This document shows positions 10,853 to 22,769 of a DNA stretch of 64,000 nt, piece after piece (positions within the stretch are counted from its first letter, which is position 1; every line of letters starts with the position of its first letter). Where the stretch lies: the NCBI GenBank assembly GCA_030148505.1, contig JASBTI010000038.1, positions 10,704-74,703 of the forward strand, written 5' to 3'. A model generated the notes under the pieces. The model saw only the letters and a list, made by a program, of their open reading frames with translations. It ran no database searches and was not told the DNA's origin. This DNA comes from Rhodanobacter sp. Lineage in GTDB: Bacteria; Pseudomonadota; Gammaproteobacteria; Xanthomonadales; Rhodanobacteraceae. The translations under genes and the position numbers were made by a program.

Positions 10853-11158
10853 TCAGCCCTTCATGCTGTCGATGTCGGCGACGTTGATCGTGCTGCGATT
10901 GCGGAACAGCAGCACCAGGATCGCCAGGCCGATGGCGGCTTCCGCCGCGGCCACGGTAAGAATGAAGAACACGAACACCTGCCCCGACACATCGCCGAGA
11001 AAGCGCGAGAAGGCCACGAAGTTGGTGTTCACCGCCAACAGCATCAACTCGATCGACATCAGCAGCACGATTACATTCTTGCGGTTGATGAACAATCCGG
11101 CGACGGCGATGCAGAACAGCACTGCACCCAGCACGATGTAATGCGAAAGCGAGATCAT
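10853..11158 (-). CDS. nuoK: NADH-quinone oxidoreductase subunit K
   Basis: The C-terminal 101 aa of the tracked 332-aa ORF ([28 protein letters not shown]...) match NuoK in size and sequence. Its ATG overlaps the nuoJ stop (ATGA). Confidence 0.93.
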   Translation of the reverse strand: MISLSHYIVLGAVLFCIAVAGLFINRKNVIVLLMSIELMLLAVNTNFVAFSRFLGDVSGQVFVFFILTVAAAEAAIGLAILVLLFRNRSTINVADIDSMKG

Positions 11159-11805
11159 GATTTGGACTCCTGCTGCGGGACCGGCGATTCCTCGACAGGA
11201 AGCGTCGCGGCCATTTTCACGATACGGACGCGGTCGCCGGGCTTGACCTTGACCTGCTCGCTTGCCGACGCATAACGCGACGCGACGCGTTGGCGAAGGG
11301 TCAATGCCACCGCCGCCACCACGCCCACGGTAAGAATCAACGCAGCCACTTCGAACGGCAGCAGATATTTCGTATACAGCGCCATGCCCAGCCAGGCCGT
11401 ATTGGACAGGCCGGCAACGGCAGCTGGGTCGGCACCCATCAGCTGGGCATGCATCGCACGCACGCCGATCAGTCCGAGCATTTCCACCAGCATCACTACG
11501 GCGACCACCAGGCCCACCGGCAGAAACTTCACGAAGCCCTCGCGCATCTTTTCTTGATCGATGTCGAGCATCATCACGACAAACAGGAACAACACCATCA
11601 CCGCGCCGACATAGACGACGATCAGCGCCAGCGCTAGAAACTCGGCCTCGGCCAGCATCCACAGGCAAGCGGTGCTGAAGAACGTGAGTACCAACGCCAA
11701 TACGGCGTGCACCGTGTTGCGCAAGGTGATCACCGCCAACGCCGCTGCCACGGTGACAAAACCAAAGGCGTAGAAACAGATGAGTTGAAACAGTTGGGGA
11801 TTCAT
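11155..11805 (-). CDS. nuoJ: NADH-quinone oxidoreductase subunit J
   Basis: Trimmed to [25 protein letters not shown] (ATG at 11805), giving a 216-aa membrane protein between nuoI and nuoK. Confidence 0.9.
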   Translation of the reverse strand: MNPQLFQLICFYAFGFVTVAAALAVITLRNTVHAVLALVLTFFSTACLWMLAEAEFLALALIVVYVGAVMVLFLFVVMMLDIDQEKMREGFVKFLPVGLVVAVVMLVEMLGLIGVRAMHAQLMGADPAAVAGLSNTAWLGMALYTKYLLPFEVAALILTVGVVAAVALTLRQRVASRYASASEQVKVKPGDRVRIVKMAATLPVEESPVPQQESKS

Positions 11806-11813
11806 CGTGGGCC

Positions 11814-12305
11814 TCAGCGGTACGCTGCGTCTTGCGCGCGGTCGGCGGCAATCTGCTGTTCGAAACGGTCGCCGATAGCGAGCAGCTGGGTCTTGTTCAC
11901 CACGTTCTCGCCACGCAGCTCGAAGTGATATTCGTGAATGCTGGTTTCGACAATCGAGTCGACCGGGCAGCTTTCCTCGCAAAAACCGCAGTAGATGCAC
12001 TTGAACAGGTCGATGTCGTAACGCGTGGTACGACGCTGGCCATCGGACTCGCGCGGCGCCGAATCGATAGTGATTGCCAGCGCCGGGCATACCGCCTCGC
12101 ACAACTTGCAGGCGATGCACCTTTCCTCGCCATTTGCGTAGCGGCGCAGCGCGTGCAGACCCCGGAAACGATTCGACTTGGGGATGTGCTCCATCGGATA
12201 GCGCACGGTGTACTTCGGCTTGAACATGTAGCGCAGAGTCAGGCCCATGCCCTGGAACAGTTCAAGCAACAGCAGACTCTTGAGATAACGGGTTATCGAA
12301 TTCAT
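11814..12305 (-). CDS. nuoI: NADH-quinone oxidoreductase subunit I
   Basis: 163 aa with two 4Fe-4S ferredoxin motifs ([12 protein letters not shown] and [12 protein letters not shown]). Confidence 0.96.
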   Translation of the reverse strand: MNSITRYLKSLLLLELFQGMGLTLRYMFKPKYTVRYPMEHIPKSNRFRGLHALRRYANGEERCIACKLCEAVCPALAITIDSAPRESDGQRRTTRYDIDLFKCIYCGFCEESCPVDSIVETSIHEYHFELRGENVVNKTQLLAIGDRFEQQIAADRAQDAAYR

Positions 12306-12314
12306 CGGATGTCT

Positions 12315-13367
12315 TTATGCCCCCATGCCGATACTGACCCAGCCGAAATACTTCATGCAGCCGGCAACCAGTACCCAGACGATGGCGATCGGGATAAGCA
12401 CCTTCCAGCCCAGTCGCATGATCTGGTCATAGCGATAGCGGGGAAAGGTGGCGCGGAACCATAGGAACATGAAGGCGAACAGAAAGGCCTTGATGAACAG
12501 CCAGGCGAAGCCCCCGGTCCAGATCCAGTTGATCCAGCCTGGCGCATCGGCATGCACCCAACCCTGCAGCGGGCTCAGCCAGCCGCCCATGAACAGGATC
12601 GCCGCCAGGAAGCTGACCAGGATCATGTTGGCGTATTCGGCCAGAAAGAAAAGCGCGAACGCCGAGCCCGAATACTCCACGTGAAAGCCCGCGACGATTT
12701 CCGACTCGCCTTCGGCGACGTCGAACGGCGCGCGATTGGTCTCGGCGACGCCCGCAATGAAATAGATCACAAATACCGGCAACAACGGCAGCCAGAACCA
12801 GTCGAACAAGCCCTTGCTGCCCGCCTGCGCATTCACGATGTCGGTGAGGTTGAGGCTGCCGGCCAATACCAGGACACAGACCAGACACAGGCCCATAGCC
12901 AGCTCATAGGAAATCACCTGCGCGGCCGAACGCATCGCTCCCAACAAGGCATAGCGCGAGTTCGACGCCCAACCGGCGATGACGATGCCATAGACAGCTA
13001 GCGACGTCATCGCCAGCAGGTAAAGCACCCCCGCGTTGGCATTGGACAACACCATCTTGCTACTGAAGGGCACCACCGCCCATGCCGCCAACGCCGGCAC
13101 CAACGCCAGCAATGGGGCCAGGTAATACAGAAACTTGTTCGCCCTGTCCGGCAGGATCACTTCCTTGATCAACAGCTTTACGACGTCAGCAAAGGCCTGC
13201 AACAACCCCAGCGGGCCGATCTTGTTCGGCCCCATGCGCACATGCATCCAGCCAATGACCTTGCGCTCCCAGTAAACGAACATCGCCACCGCGAGAACCA
13301 GCGGCAGCACGATCGCCACAATGTAGCCAAGCGGAATCAGAAGCTGATGGAAAAGTAGATCCGCCAT
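12315..13367 (-). CDS. nuoH: NADH-quinone oxidoreductase subunit H
   Basis: Trimmed to [23 protein letters not shown] (ATG at 13367), giving a 350-aa membrane protein. Confidence 0.93.
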   Translation of the reverse strand: MADLLFHQLLIPLGYIVAIVLPLVLAVAMFVYWERKVIGWMHVRMGPNKIGPLGLLQAFADVVKLLIKEVILPDRANKFLYYLAPLLALVPALAAWAVVPFSSKMVLSNANAGVLYLLAMTSLAVYGIVIAGWASNSRYALLGAMRSAAQVISYELAMGLCLVCVLVLAGSLNLTDIVNAQAGSKGLFDWFWLPLLPVFVIYFIAGVAETNRAPFDVAEGESEIVAGFHVEYSGSAFALFFLAEYANMILVSFLAAILFMGGWLSPLQGWVHADAPGWINWIWTGGFAWLFIKAFLFAFMFLWFRATFPRYRYDQIMRLGWKVLIPIAIVWVLVAGCMKYFGWVSIGMGA

Positions 13368-13372
13368 GATGC

Positions 13373-15718
13373 TTATGCCTTGCTTAAGGTGATGGCTGCG
13401 CCATACGGCGGCAGCGTAGCGGTAAGATCCTGGGCCGCCTCGATCCACGCTGCCCCCTCGGGCACGGCGGCGTCGACCCGCAGCGGCAACACGACGTCAT
13501 CGATGGATACCGGATCGCCATCGACCAGCCCCAGACGCAGCGCGTCGGCCACGTTTACCCGTACTGCCGGATCGCGGTTGAGGGGATGGGCATTCAGTGC
13601 TGAGGCACGCCGCAGTACCGCATCGGTGCGGTAAATCGGCCAGGTGGCCAGCCGACTCAAGCGGGCCACGGGTGGGCGCTGCGACAGACCGTCAGCAGGA
13701 GCTGCGCCTCCCGTCGCAACGATACCTGCGCGCAAACCGGCGAGATCCTCGAAGTCGAATTCCCCGAACTGCAGCAGGCCGCCCAGCGCGCGCAATACCT
13801 TCCACCCTGCGCGCGCCTGGCCCGGAACCTTCGCCCCGACAGCCACATCCTGTGTCAGGCCGTCCACATTGACCAGGCTGGCGTCGATTTCCGGCAATAA
13901 CCCGATCGGCAGCATCACATCGGCCACATCGCGCAATGCCGCGCTGCCATAGGCACTGAACGCGATCACGTGTTCGGCACCGTGAAGTGCCTTCAAGGCT
14001 GCATGACCGTCGGCGAAATCGTGCGGAGGCTCGACCCCGTACAACACGTAGTTGTGGCGCGGTTGTTTCAGCATCGCCTGGGCATCGAGGCCGCCATTGC
14101 CCGGCACCACGCCGAGACGTGCCAAGCCGATGGCGTTGGCACCTACGGGCAATTCGTCGTAGCCGGCTCCGGTCGCTTCTGCAACGAAACGCGCAATGGC
14201 CCGCAACCACGAAGCCTGCGGATGCGTGACGGCGGCTTCACCAAGGATCACCACCGCCCGTCCCGGTTTGGACGCCGCCTGTTTCATTGCCGCATAGGCG
14301 TCACGATCACCGTCATCGCAAACCGCCGCTCCCAGAGCCTGTGCAAGTTCGGCCGGCGCCGTCGCGCCTGCATCCAGCGCTGCCCGGGCCAAGCCCAGTA
14401 ACGCATCGACCAGAGCCAGCGGGGCTGCTACCGACTCGCCGGCAAGCGCATAATTGAAATCGAAGTGTGCCGGATTGACGGCATACACTTTCGCGCCCTT
14501 TTTCACTGCCTGATGCAGGCGGTGGTTCAACAGCGGCATTTCATGACGCAGATTGCAACCCACCAGCAGCGCCGCGCGAACCTGGTCGATCTCAGCCACC
14601 GGCAGTGCAAAGGGCCTGGCGATGGCCGCATCGGCAAAATCGAGTTGTCGCAGGCGATGATCGACATGCGCGCAGCCAAGACCCCGCGCCAGCCTCATCA
14701 ACAGATTACCTTCCTCATTCGAAGTGGCCGGATGCACCAGCATGCCCAGTTCGTTCCCCGGCGAGGACTTCAACGCCTCTGCCACAAATTGCAAGGCATC
14801 CTCCCAGGTTGTGGCTTGCCACTGCCCGTTGCGCTTCACTTCGGGCGCGCTAAGCCGATCGCTGGCATACAGACCTTGATGGCTGTAGCGATCGCGATCC
14901 GATAGCCAACATTCGTTGACCGCCTCATTGTCCCGCGGCACCGTGCGCAGCACCTCACCCCGGCGCGTATGCAGCCAAAGGTTGGAGCCCAGCGCATCGT
15001 GGTAACCGATCGACGGCTTGGCGATCAACTCCCAGGCACGCGCCCTGAACTGGAACGGCTTGTTGGTCAACGCGCCCACCGGGCAAACATCGATGATGTT
15101 GCCGGACAATTCGGTTTCCACGGTCTTGCCGATGTAGGTGCCGATCTGCAGATTCTCGCCGCGATTCATCCCGCCAAGCTCATAGCTGCCGGCGATTTCG
15201 CTGGTAAAGCGCACGCAACGCGTACACTGGATACAGCGGGTCATTTCGGTGGCGACCAGCGGTCCGATATTCTCGTCGGCCACGGTGCGCTTGCGCTCGG
15301 TATAGCGCGACACACTGCGGCCATAGCCGAGGGCCACGTCCTGCAATTCGCATTCACCGCCCTGATCGCAGATCGGACAATCCAGCGGATGATTGATCAG
15401 CAGGAACTCCATCACGTCGCGCTGGAATTTCAACGCCTTTTCGGAGCGGGTGGTGACCTTCATGCCCTCGGCCACCGGGGTTGCACACGCCGGTTGCGGC
15501 TTGGGCATCATCCGACCGCCCATTTCCACATCGACGAGGCACATCCGGCAATTGGCTGCGATCGGCAACTTGCGGTGGTAACAGAAACGCGGAATTGCCA
15601 CACCGATGGCATCGGCGGCCTCGATGATCATGGCGCCCTTGCGCACCTGTGTGGGCTTGCCATCGACCTCGATATTGAGGAGGTCCGGAGCGGCGTTGCT
15701 GGTCGGCTGTGCACTCAT
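13373..15718 (-). CDS. nuoG: NADH-quinone oxidoreductase subunit G
   Basis: 781 aa. The N-terminal 2Fe-2S/4Fe-4S cysteine clusters ([32 protein letters not shown]) and a molybdopterin-oxidoreductase-like domain are present. The start overlaps the nuoF stop (ATGA). Confidence 0.96.
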   Translation of the reverse strand: MSAQPTSNAAPDLLNIEVDGKPTQVRKGAMIIEAADAIGVAIPRFCYHRKLPIAANCRMCLVDVEMGGRMMPKPQPACATPVAEGMKVTTRSEKALKFQRDVMEFLLINHPLDCPICDQGGECELQDVALGYGRSVSRYTERKRTVADENIGPLVATEMTRCIQCTRCVRFTSEIAGSYELGGMNRGENLQIGTYIGKTVETELSGNIIDVCPVGALTNKPFQFRARAWELIAKPSIGYHDALGSNLWLHTRRGEVLRTVPRDNEAVNECWLSDRDRYSHQGLYASDRLSAPEVKRNGQWQATTWEDALQFVAEALKSSPGNELGMLVHPATSNEEGNLLMRLARGLGCAHVDHRLRQLDFADAAIARPFALPVAEIDQVRAALLVGCNLRHEMPLLNHRLHQAVKKGAKVYAVNPAHFDFNYALAGESVAAPLALVDALLGLARAALDAGATAPAELAQALGAAVCDDGDRDAYAAMKQAASKPGRAVVILGEAAVTHPQASWLRAIARFVAEATGAGYDELPVGANAIGLARLGVVPGNGGLDAQAMLKQPRHNYVLYGVEPPHDFADGHAALKALHGAEHVIAFSAYGSAALRDVADVMLPIGLLPEIDASLVNVDGLTQDVAVGAKVPGQARAGWKVLRALGGLLQFGEFDFEDLAGLRAGIVATGGAAPADGLSQRPPVARLSRLATWPIYRTDAVLRRASALNAHPLNRDPAVRVNVADALRLGLVDGDPVSIDDVVLPLRVDAAVPEGAAWIEAAQDLTATLPPYGAAITLSKA

Positions 15719-17040
15719 GCGGCCACTCCCCGCGCGGATTCAGCCAGGTTGTCTTCAATCATCGAACGACCGTGTTCCACAAAATATTCGAACTCATTCC
15801 AAAAATGATGCAGAAAACCCTGCACCGGCCAGGCGGCCGCTTCGCCGAAGGCGCAGATGGTATGGCCTTCGATCTGCCCTGCCACGGCCTTCAGGCGATG
15901 CAGGTCCTCGGCTGTACCCTGCCCTTCAACGATCCGGCTCAACACCCGGTACATCCAGCCGGTGCCTTCCCGGCACGGGGTGCATTGACCGCAGGACTCG
16001 GCAAAATAGAAGCGTGCGATGCGATGGCACGCCTTGACCATGCAGGTGGTCTCGTCCATCACGATGACTGCGCCCGAACCCAGACCCGAACCGGCCTTTT
16101 GCAGGCAGTCGTAGTCCATCGTGCTTTCCATCATGGTGGCCGCCGGCAACACCTTCATCGAAGAGCCGCCCGGAATCACCGCCTTCAGCCGATGGCCCTC
16201 ACGCATGCCACCGGCCAGTTCCAGCAGCTCGCTGAACGGGGTGCCGAGGCGAACCTCGAAATTGCCCGGCTTCGCCACGTGGCCGGAGACCGAAAAAATC
16301 TTCGGACCGCCATTGTTCGGTTTACCGAGATTGAGAAACCACTCCGCACCGTTGCGCACGATCGCCGGCACCGAGGCGTAGGTTTCGGTATTGTTGATCG
16401 TGGTCGGTTTGCCGTACAGGCCGAAGTTGGCCGGGAACGGTGGCTTGAAGCGCGGCTGGCCCTTCTTGCCTTCGAGCGACTCCATCATCGCGGTCTCTTC
16501 GCCACAGATGTAGGCGCCCGCGCCCAGCGCGGTGTGGATATCGACATCGATGCCACTGCCGAGCACGTTCTTGCCAAGCAGACCCTCGGCGTAGGCTTCT
16601 TTCAGTGCCTCTTCGAAATGCTCGAACGGCTCATGGTGAAACTCGCCACGCAGGTAGTTGTAGGCGACCGTGGAGCCTGTGCAATAACAGGCGATGGCCA
16701 GACCTTCGATCACAGCGTGCGGGTTGTAGCGCAGGATGTCGCGGTCCTTCGCGGTGCCAGGCTCGGACTCGTCCGAATTGCACAGGATGTACTTCTGCAT
16801 CTCGCCCTTGGGCATGAACGACCACTTCAACCCGGTCGGGAAGCCAGCGCCGCCACGACCGCGCAGACTGCTCTTCTTGATCTCTTCGATCAGGCCTGCC
16901 GGGTCAGGTTTTTCGGCAAGGATTTTTCGCCATGCCTGGTAACCATCAACCTGCTTGTAGCTGTCCATAGACCACGGCTTGTCAAAATGCAGCGTGGTAT
17001 AGACAACTTGGTGTTCTTGCGGTGCGGCTCCGACTGCCAT
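15715..17040 (-). CDS. nuoF: NADH-quinone oxidoreductase subunit F
   Basis: 441 aa with FMN/NADH-binding motifs ([13 protein letters not shown]) and 4Fe-4S ligands ([12 protein letters not shown]). Confidence 0.97.
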   Translation of the reverse strand: MAVGAAPQEHQVVYTTLHFDKPWSMDSYKQVDGYQAWRKILAEKPDPAGLIEEIKKSSLRGRGGAGFPTGLKWSFMPKGEMQKYILCNSDESEPGTAKDRDILRYNPHAVIEGLAIACYCTGSTVAYNYLRGEFHHEPFEHFEEALKEAYAEGLLGKNVLGSGIDVDIHTALGAGAYICGEETAMMESLEGKKGQPRFKPPFPANFGLYGKPTTINNTETYASVPAIVRNGAEWFLNLGKPNNGGPKIFSVSGHVAKPGNFEVRLGTPFSELLELAGGMREGHRLKAVIPGGSSMKVLPAATMMESTMDYDCLQKAGSGLGSGAVIVMDETTCMVKACHRIARFYFAESCGQCTPCREGTGWMYRVLSRIVEGQGTAEDLHRLKAVAGQIEGHTICAFGEAAAWPVQGFLHHFWNEFEYFVEHGRSMIEDNLAESARGVAA

Positions 17041-17051
17041 TGCCCTGCCCT

Positions 17052-17579
17052 TTATTCCAGACCGTCAAGAATCTCGTCGACCTTTTCGGTCGTGAGATGC
17101 TCGTGGTAATGCCCGTTGACGGTCATTGCCGGCGCGTAGACGCAGGCAGCGATGCATTCTTCCTCGCGCTTGAGGTACACGCGACCATCGGGCGTGCTCT
17201 CACCCAACTTGATGCCGAGCTTCTTTTCGCAGTGATGTACCAGACCTTCCGCACCGTTGAGCCAGCACGAAATATTGGTGCATATGGCTACATTGTTGCG
17301 ACCCACCGGCTTGGTCTCCAGCATCGAGTAGAAGCTGGCCACTTCGTACGCCCACACGGCCGGCAACTCGAGATATTTCGCCACAGCGGCGATCAATTCG
17401 TCGGTAAGAAATCCGCCGTGCTGTTCCTGTGCCGCGAACAAGGCCTGGATCAACGCCGAGCGCTTGCGGTCCGGAGGAAACTTGGCCACCCACTCATCGA
17501 TGTGATGGCGGGTGTGCTCGTTGAGCACCGCAAGCGGATCGACATGCCTGACCTGCTCGAATTGTCCAGTGGCTTTCAT
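17052..17579 (-). CDS. nuoE: NADH-quinone oxidoreductase subunit E
   Basis: 175-aa thioredoxin-like 2Fe-2S protein (CTNISC...CIAAC). Confidence 0.95.
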   Translation of the reverse strand: MKATGQFEQVRHVDPLAVLNEHTRHHIDEWVAKFPPDRKRSALIQALFAAQEQHGGFLTDELIAAVAKYLELPAVWAYEVASFYSMLETKPVGRNNVAICTNISCWLNGAEGLVHHCEKKLGIKLGESTPDGRVYLKREEECIAACVYAPAMTVNGHYHEHLTTEKVDEILDGLE

Positions 17580-17598
17580 GGTTGTTTTCCTCCGCGCT

Positions 17599-18852
17599 CT
17601 AGCGATCGACTTCGCCGAACACGAGATCGTAGGTTCCGATCATGGCCACCACGTCGGCCAGCATGTGACCCCGCACGATGGTGTCCATGGACGACAAATG
17701 GGCGAAGCCCGGTGCACGCAAGTGCACGCGAAACGGCTTGTTGGCGCCATCGGAGACCAGATAGCAGCCGAATTCGCCCTTCGGGGCCTCGACTGCGGCA
17801 TAGGTTTCGCCAGCCGGCACACAATAGCCCTCGGTGAACAGCTTGAAGTGATGGATCAACGCTTCCATGTCCTCCTTCATTTCGACCCGGCTGGGCGGAG
17901 CGATCTTGAAGTTCTTCAGCATCACCGGTCCCGGATTGGCGCGTAACCAGGCCACACACTGCCTGATGATCCGGTTTGATTGCCGCATCTCCTCGACACG
18001 ACACAGATAACGGTCGTAGCAATCGCCGCTGACGCCGACCGGGATATCAAAATCCATCTCGGCATACTTCGCGTACGGCTGCTTCTTGCGCAGATCCCAT
18101 TCGACGCCCGACCCACGCAGCATCACGCCGGTCATGCCCCACTGCTGGGCCAGCTCCGGGCTGATCACGCCAATGCCGACGGTACGCTGCTTCCAGATAC
18201 GGTTGCTGGTGAGCAGCTCTTCGTATTCGTCGACCTTCGATGGAAAATCGGCAGTGAACGCATCGAGATAGTCCAGCATCGAACCTTCGCGCCAGCTATT
18301 GATGCGCTTGAGATCCTGCCCCTTGTGCCAGGGTGACTGGCGATACTGCGGCATACGGTCCGGCAAGTCGCGATACACGCCGCCGGGCCGGTAGTAGGTC
18401 GCATGCATACGCGCGCCGGATACGGCCTCGTAGACGTCCATCAGCTCTTCGCGCTCGCGGAATGCGTACAGGAAGACTGCCATCGCACCCAGGTCGAGCG
18501 CATTCGAGCCGATCCACATCAGATGGTTCAGGATGCGGGTGATCTCGTCGAACATGGTGCGAATGTACTGAGCGCGCTCCGGTGCCTCGACCCCGAGCAG
18601 GGTCTCGATCGCTTTTACATACGCGTGCTCGTTGCACATCATCGACACGTAATCGAGACGGTCCATGTAGCCGATTGACTGATTGAACGGCTTGGACTCG
18701 GCCAGCTTCTCGGTGCCTCGATGCAGCAGGCCGACGTGGGGATCAGCGCGGACGATAGTCTCGCCGTCCATCTCCATCACCAGGCGCAGCACGCCGTGGG
18801 CCGCCGGATGCTGCGGGCCGAAATTCATCGTGTAGTTGCGGATTTCCTGCAT
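17599..18852 (-). CDS. nuoD: NADH-quinone oxidoreductase subunit D
   Basis: 417 aa starting [24 protein letters not shown] (49-kDa subunit signature). It is a separate gene from nuoC, not a fusion. Confidence 0.97.
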   Translation of the reverse strand: MQEIRNYTMNFGPQHPAAHGVLRLVMEMDGETIVRADPHVGLLHRGTEKLAESKPFNQSIGYMDRLDYVSMMCNEHAYVKAIETLLGVEAPERAQYIRTMFDEITRILNHLMWIGSNALDLGAMAVFLYAFREREELMDVYEAVSGARMHATYYRPGGVYRDLPDRMPQYRQSPWHKGQDLKRINSWREGSMLDYLDAFTADFPSKVDEYEELLTSNRIWKQRTVGIGVISPELAQQWGMTGVMLRGSGVEWDLRKKQPYAKYAEMDFDIPVGVSGDCYDRYLCRVEEMRQSNRIIRQCVAWLRANPGPVMLKNFKIAPPSRVEMKEDMEALIHHFKLFTEGYCVPAGETYAAVEAPKGEFGCYLVSDGANKPFRVHLRAPGFAHLSSMDTIVRGHMLADVVAMIGTYDLVFGEVDR

Positions 18853-18854
18853 GC

Positions 18855-19583
18855 TCAGTTCTCCCGCCAGTGGTCGGCGGCTTCGGCCTTCGCCTGTATC
18901 AGGTCAGCATCGTCGCGAATCGTGCGCGGCACCAGGACCCGCGGCTCGATCGACACCGGCTCGTAAATCACCCGTTTCTGCTCGGGGTCGTAACGCACTT
19001 CGACATTCCCGATCAGCGGGAAGTCCTTGCGAAACGGGTGGCCGACGAAACCGTAGTCGGTAAGGATGCGGCGCAAATCCGGATGCCCATCGAACAGAAT
19101 CCCGTACAGATCGAACGCCTCACGCTCAAACCAGTTCACACCCGGCCAAATCGAGGTCAGCGACGGCAGCATCGGGAAGTCGTCGTCGTCGCAAAACACC
19201 CGCAGACGCAGGCGACAGTTGCTTGCGATCGACAACAGATGCACCACCGAGGCAAAGCGACGAGGTTGATCGACCTCACGCGGACGCTCGGCCCAATTGA
19301 AGCGCCCCACCGCCTGACCCTCCACACCGCGCGAAAAACCGGTGCTGGAAATGGTCTCCGTATCCCATTCGGTCTGACCGTAACCAAGGTAGTCGATACC
19401 ACACAGGTCAACCAGTTCGGTGAAGCGGAATGCCGGTTCGTCACGCAATGCGGTGGCCACTGCGAGCAGATCGGAGGCGGCCAGCTCAGCCGTCGTCTCC
19501 CGCCGAACCGTGCTGATGCTCAGCATGTCGCCAAACCGCGCAGCGAGGCGCTCGGCTAGCGAGGTCGGATGTGTATCGGACAT
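18855..19583 (-). CDS. nuoC: NADH-quinone oxidoreductase subunit C
   Basis: 242-aa homologue of the 30-kDa subunit, between nuoB and nuoD. Confidence 0.93.
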   Translation of the reverse strand: MSDTHPTSLAERLAARFGDMLSISTVRRETTAELAASDLLAVATALRDEPAFRFTELVDLCGIDYLGYGQTEWDTETISSTGFSRGVEGQAVGRFNWAERPREVDQPRRFASVVHLLSIASNCRLRLRVFCDDDDFPMLPSLTSIWPGVNWFEREAFDLYGILFDGHPDLRRILTDYGFVGHPFRKDFPLIGNVEVRYDPEQKRVIYEPVSIEPRVLVPRTIRDDADLIQAKAEAADHWREN

Positions 19584-19592
19584 ATCAGGGCC

Positions 19593-20140
<548 letters not shown>

Positions 20141-20150
<10 letters not shown>

Positions 20151-20497
20151 TCCAGTGCTCCCTTCTTCCACACGTAGGCGAAACCGATCACCAGCAGCAA
20201 CAGAAACAGTGCCATTTCAATCAAGGCAATGATGCCGATCTTCTCGAACACCACCGCCCACGGAAACAGGAAGGCGATTTCAAGATCGAAAATGATGAAT
20301 AGAATGGCGAGCAAGTAGTAGCGCACGTCAAATCGCATGCGGGCATCCTCGAATGCCTCGAAACCACACTCGTAAGGCGCCAGCTTTTCCGCGTCCGGCC
20401 TGCTAGGCCCAGCCAGCAGACCGAGAATCAACAACACCAGACCAAGTCCGGTAGCAACACCGATGAACAACAGAACAGGCCAATATTCGGCAAGCAC
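20141..20497 (-). CDS. nuoA: NADH-quinone oxidoreductase subunit A
   Basis: A GTG at 20497 is preceded by GGAGG about 11 nt upstream and gives a 118-aa protein ([19 protein letters not shown]...), the canonical NuoA size. The tracked 143-aa ORF has a non-homologous leader. Confidence 0.88.
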
Positions 20498-20759
20498 GAT
20501 GCAACGTACCTCCGCGCCAATCAGGCGCATCAGTGACCGCGGGGAAACGGTCCGACGACTTCGATTCGGCAAGGTCTACTCGACCACGGGCTGTTCAGCC
20601 GCACCCACCGATGACTCATCGGGAGCACCCTTGATTCCGCGAGTTGGGGTTCGCGAATCTCTCTATTGTATCAGCGCGCACCGGTATGACGACAAGTGTG
20701 AATCGACTAAATTCGTGATCAAGTTACGTGGATGACGAATCAGCGCGCTACCGGAACGG

Positions 20760-21113
20760 TCACATTGTCTGGGTGGGACGCTCGGAAGCCAGGGTCCCGG
20801 CCAGGATGTTTTCGATGCGGTTGCGTGCAACTTCCGCGTCGCTCGACTCATTGAAGTGGATACCGACACCGGCCGTACGATTACCTTGGGCCGCCAGGGG
20901 ACTGATCCAGACCACCTTGCCGACGACCGATAGCCGCTCGGCCTCATCTGCCAGACTGACCAGCAGTACAACCTCATCACCCAGCGAATAGCGCTGTGCG
21001 GTGGGCACGAACAGCCCGCCGTTTTTGAGAAAGGGCATGTAAGCGTTGTAGAGCGACGCCGCGTCCTTGATCTTCAGCGAGATAATGCCCTGTCGTGCGT
21101 CAACCGGTTTCAT
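20760..21113 (-). CDS. pilZ: type IV pilus assembly protein PilZ
   Basis: Trimmed to MKPVDARQGIISLKIKDAASLYNAYMPFLKNGGLFVPT (117 aa), the canonical non-c-di-GMP PilZ family. This gene is usually found next to holB/tmk. Confidence 0.88.
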   Translation of the reverse strand: MKPVDARQGIISLKIKDAASLYNAYMPFLKNGGLFVPTAQRYSLGDEVVLLVSLADEAERLSVVGKVVWISPLAAQGNRTAGVGIHFNESSDAEVARNRIENILAGTLASERPTQTM

Positions 21114-21311
21114 GGTCTGCTCCTGCCGGATGGTCGGGGCCATCCGAATAATGACAATGATCTTAAACGCTGTGCTCCATCCGCACCACATCCCGATCAC
21201 GCACCGGGAAAAATCATGGCGGCTGGCCGCGACACTCTGCCGCAGGCCAGGGCGTCCCCGCAGGAGCTTAGGGGCTGTCTTTCCGGCAGCGACTAGCGCC
21301 CATTGGGCAGA

Positions 21312-21740
21312 TTATCCACGATACCGGCAGCGCCTATTGTGGCCGCTCCGTCCACGACGACGTCGCCAGGCCGGGATGGTGACGTCGAAAAAAAATACAC
21401 GACTTGTGACAACCCGCCGATACCAGCACTCCCCCGCGCTCCAAAGCTTCTCTCCTTCGGAACTGACTTTGATCGAGTTTGCGGTGTTCGATGTGGTTGC
21501 TGTGAAGGGAGTCGCCCCTCGAGCAGGATCGTAAAGTGGCCCAAGGCAACCTTCCCATCGCGAACTGGCATCGTCGATCTCCTTGCGGGTGCCGCGCAGG
21601 CGAGGCAGAGCAATTTCAGCAACGCCTTGTCGCTCGAGGAGAAGCCATCGTGCTTTGCTGATTTTGGCGGAATCAGGTTGACCGCCTCGGTCGTAAATCA
21701 CCTTATGAATCTCCGGCGGGGGTCGAAAGGGATCAGGCAT
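21312..21740 (-). CDS. hypothetical protein (weak call, atypical codon usage)
   Basis: ORF MPDPFRPPPEIHKVIYDRGGQPDSAKISKARWLLLERQGVAEIALPRLRG.... Third-codon-position GC is only about half by eye, against a strongly GC3-biased host. I recognise no family, and an A8/T8 run lies inside it. A TTG at 21800 could extend it. Confidence 0.3.
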   Translation of the reverse strand: MPDPFRPPPEIHKVIYDRGGQPDSAKISKARWLLLERQGVAEIALPRLRGTRKEIDDASSRWEGCLGPLYDPARGATPFTATTSNTANSIKVSSEGEKLWSAGECWYRRVVTSRVFFFDVTIPAWRRRRGRSGHNRRCRYRG

Positions 21741-21824
21741 GACCCGTGACGCCGCCCCGACCACCTGCTCGACAAGTACGCAGCCTCGCTTCGCCTCCAA
21801 CTCGGTAAGTCCCCGATCGAACTC

Positions 21825-22769
21825 TCACAGCACGCACCAGCCCCAGTGATCGACTACCCACCATGCGGGCAAATCCCACACCAATTTTGCGAAACGAGGT
21901 ACTGCGTCGGTCTCTACCGCGCCCGCGAAGTAGAAAGCACCGGCTCCGTCGCGTCGTATCGGCGCGTCGTTCCATCGCCAGCTTCGCGCGTCGCTCGAGT
22001 CAACCACGACTAGCCGCAACCATGGGCGCAGTGCGAGTGGCGGTCTCCATGGCAACGCCCCGTCGAGGTTGGTGGCTCTGGTGGAGACCAGCTCATAACG
22101 CTCCGGCCGTTCGGCCATGCGCCGCATGCGCTTTGCACTCAGGGTCATCTGGCTGCGGTGTGCTGTCAGCGCCTGCAGCTTGACCGTCAACTGCCCGGGC
22201 GAAGGAGTGATTTGGGCGTGACCGCCCCCTCCGGGCCGACCGTGCACTAGATAGGCCATCGCCGATATCTTCCGATCCAGCTGGGCCAGCGCGAGACGCA
22301 CCAGCACATGAGCCGCACCATGATCGGGGTGGCGATCACCGAGTGCAGGCATCGCGATCAAGTTCGGTGTCCATCGGTTGATTGCCGCGGCCATCGCAGC
22401 GATGGTGTCGTTCCCCGGGCGCAGCAGGAGATCGGTCAGGCCCATGTCCGGCCAGTGCATGGCCTGCAACGCTTCTGACGGAACACCCAGACGACGCATC
22501 GCCTGGCCAAGCTCGCCCATCCGACGGCGGCCCCAGCGTTGCCTGTCCTCATGCCCGATGCGTAACCGCCGCTCGATCCAGCGTTGTGGCCACGGGTTGT
22601 TGTCGCCGGCGGTGAGCAACAGCACGCGTACCTCGCCACCGGCGGCCAGCACCTGCTGAATCAGCAAACCGGTGGCAATCGTTTCGTCATCGGGATGAGG
22701 GGCCACCACCAGCAGCCGGGTCTGCGCGGAAAGCCAAGGCATGCCGTTGACAACATCCATCAATGCCAC
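21825..22769 (-). CDS. PIG-L/LmbE family N-acetylglucosaminyl deacetylase with a Trp-rich C-terminal extension
   Basis: 314 aa with the family motifs VVAPHPDDETIATG and GDRHPDHGAAH. The start overlaps the holB stop by 10 nt. The last roughly 100 aa (WRPPLALRPWLRL...WWVVDHWGWCVL) lie beyond the usual domain length. Confidence 0.85.
   Translation of the reverse strand: MALMDVVNGMPWLSAQTRLLVVAPHPDDETIATGLLIQQVLAAGGEVRVLLLTAGDNNPWPQRWIERRLRIGHEDRQRWGRRRMGELGQAMRRLGVPSEALQAMHWPDMGLTDLLLRPGNDTIAAMAAAINRWTPNLIAMPALGDRHPDHGAAHVLVRLALAQLDRKISAMAYLVHGRPGGGGHAQITPSPGQLTVKLQALTAHRSQMTLSAKRMRRMAERPERYELVSTRATNLDGALPWRPPLALRPWLRLVVVDSSDARSWRWNDAPIRRDGAGAFYFAGAVETDAVPRFAKLVWDLPAWWVVDHWGWCVL

Noticed and set aside
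20640-20700. Possible nuo operon promoter (TACAAT on the minus strand at 20665-20670, with CTTGTC upstream).
   Set aside because: The spacer to the only -35-like hexamer is about 19 nt and the match is weak, so it is too uncertain to annotate.
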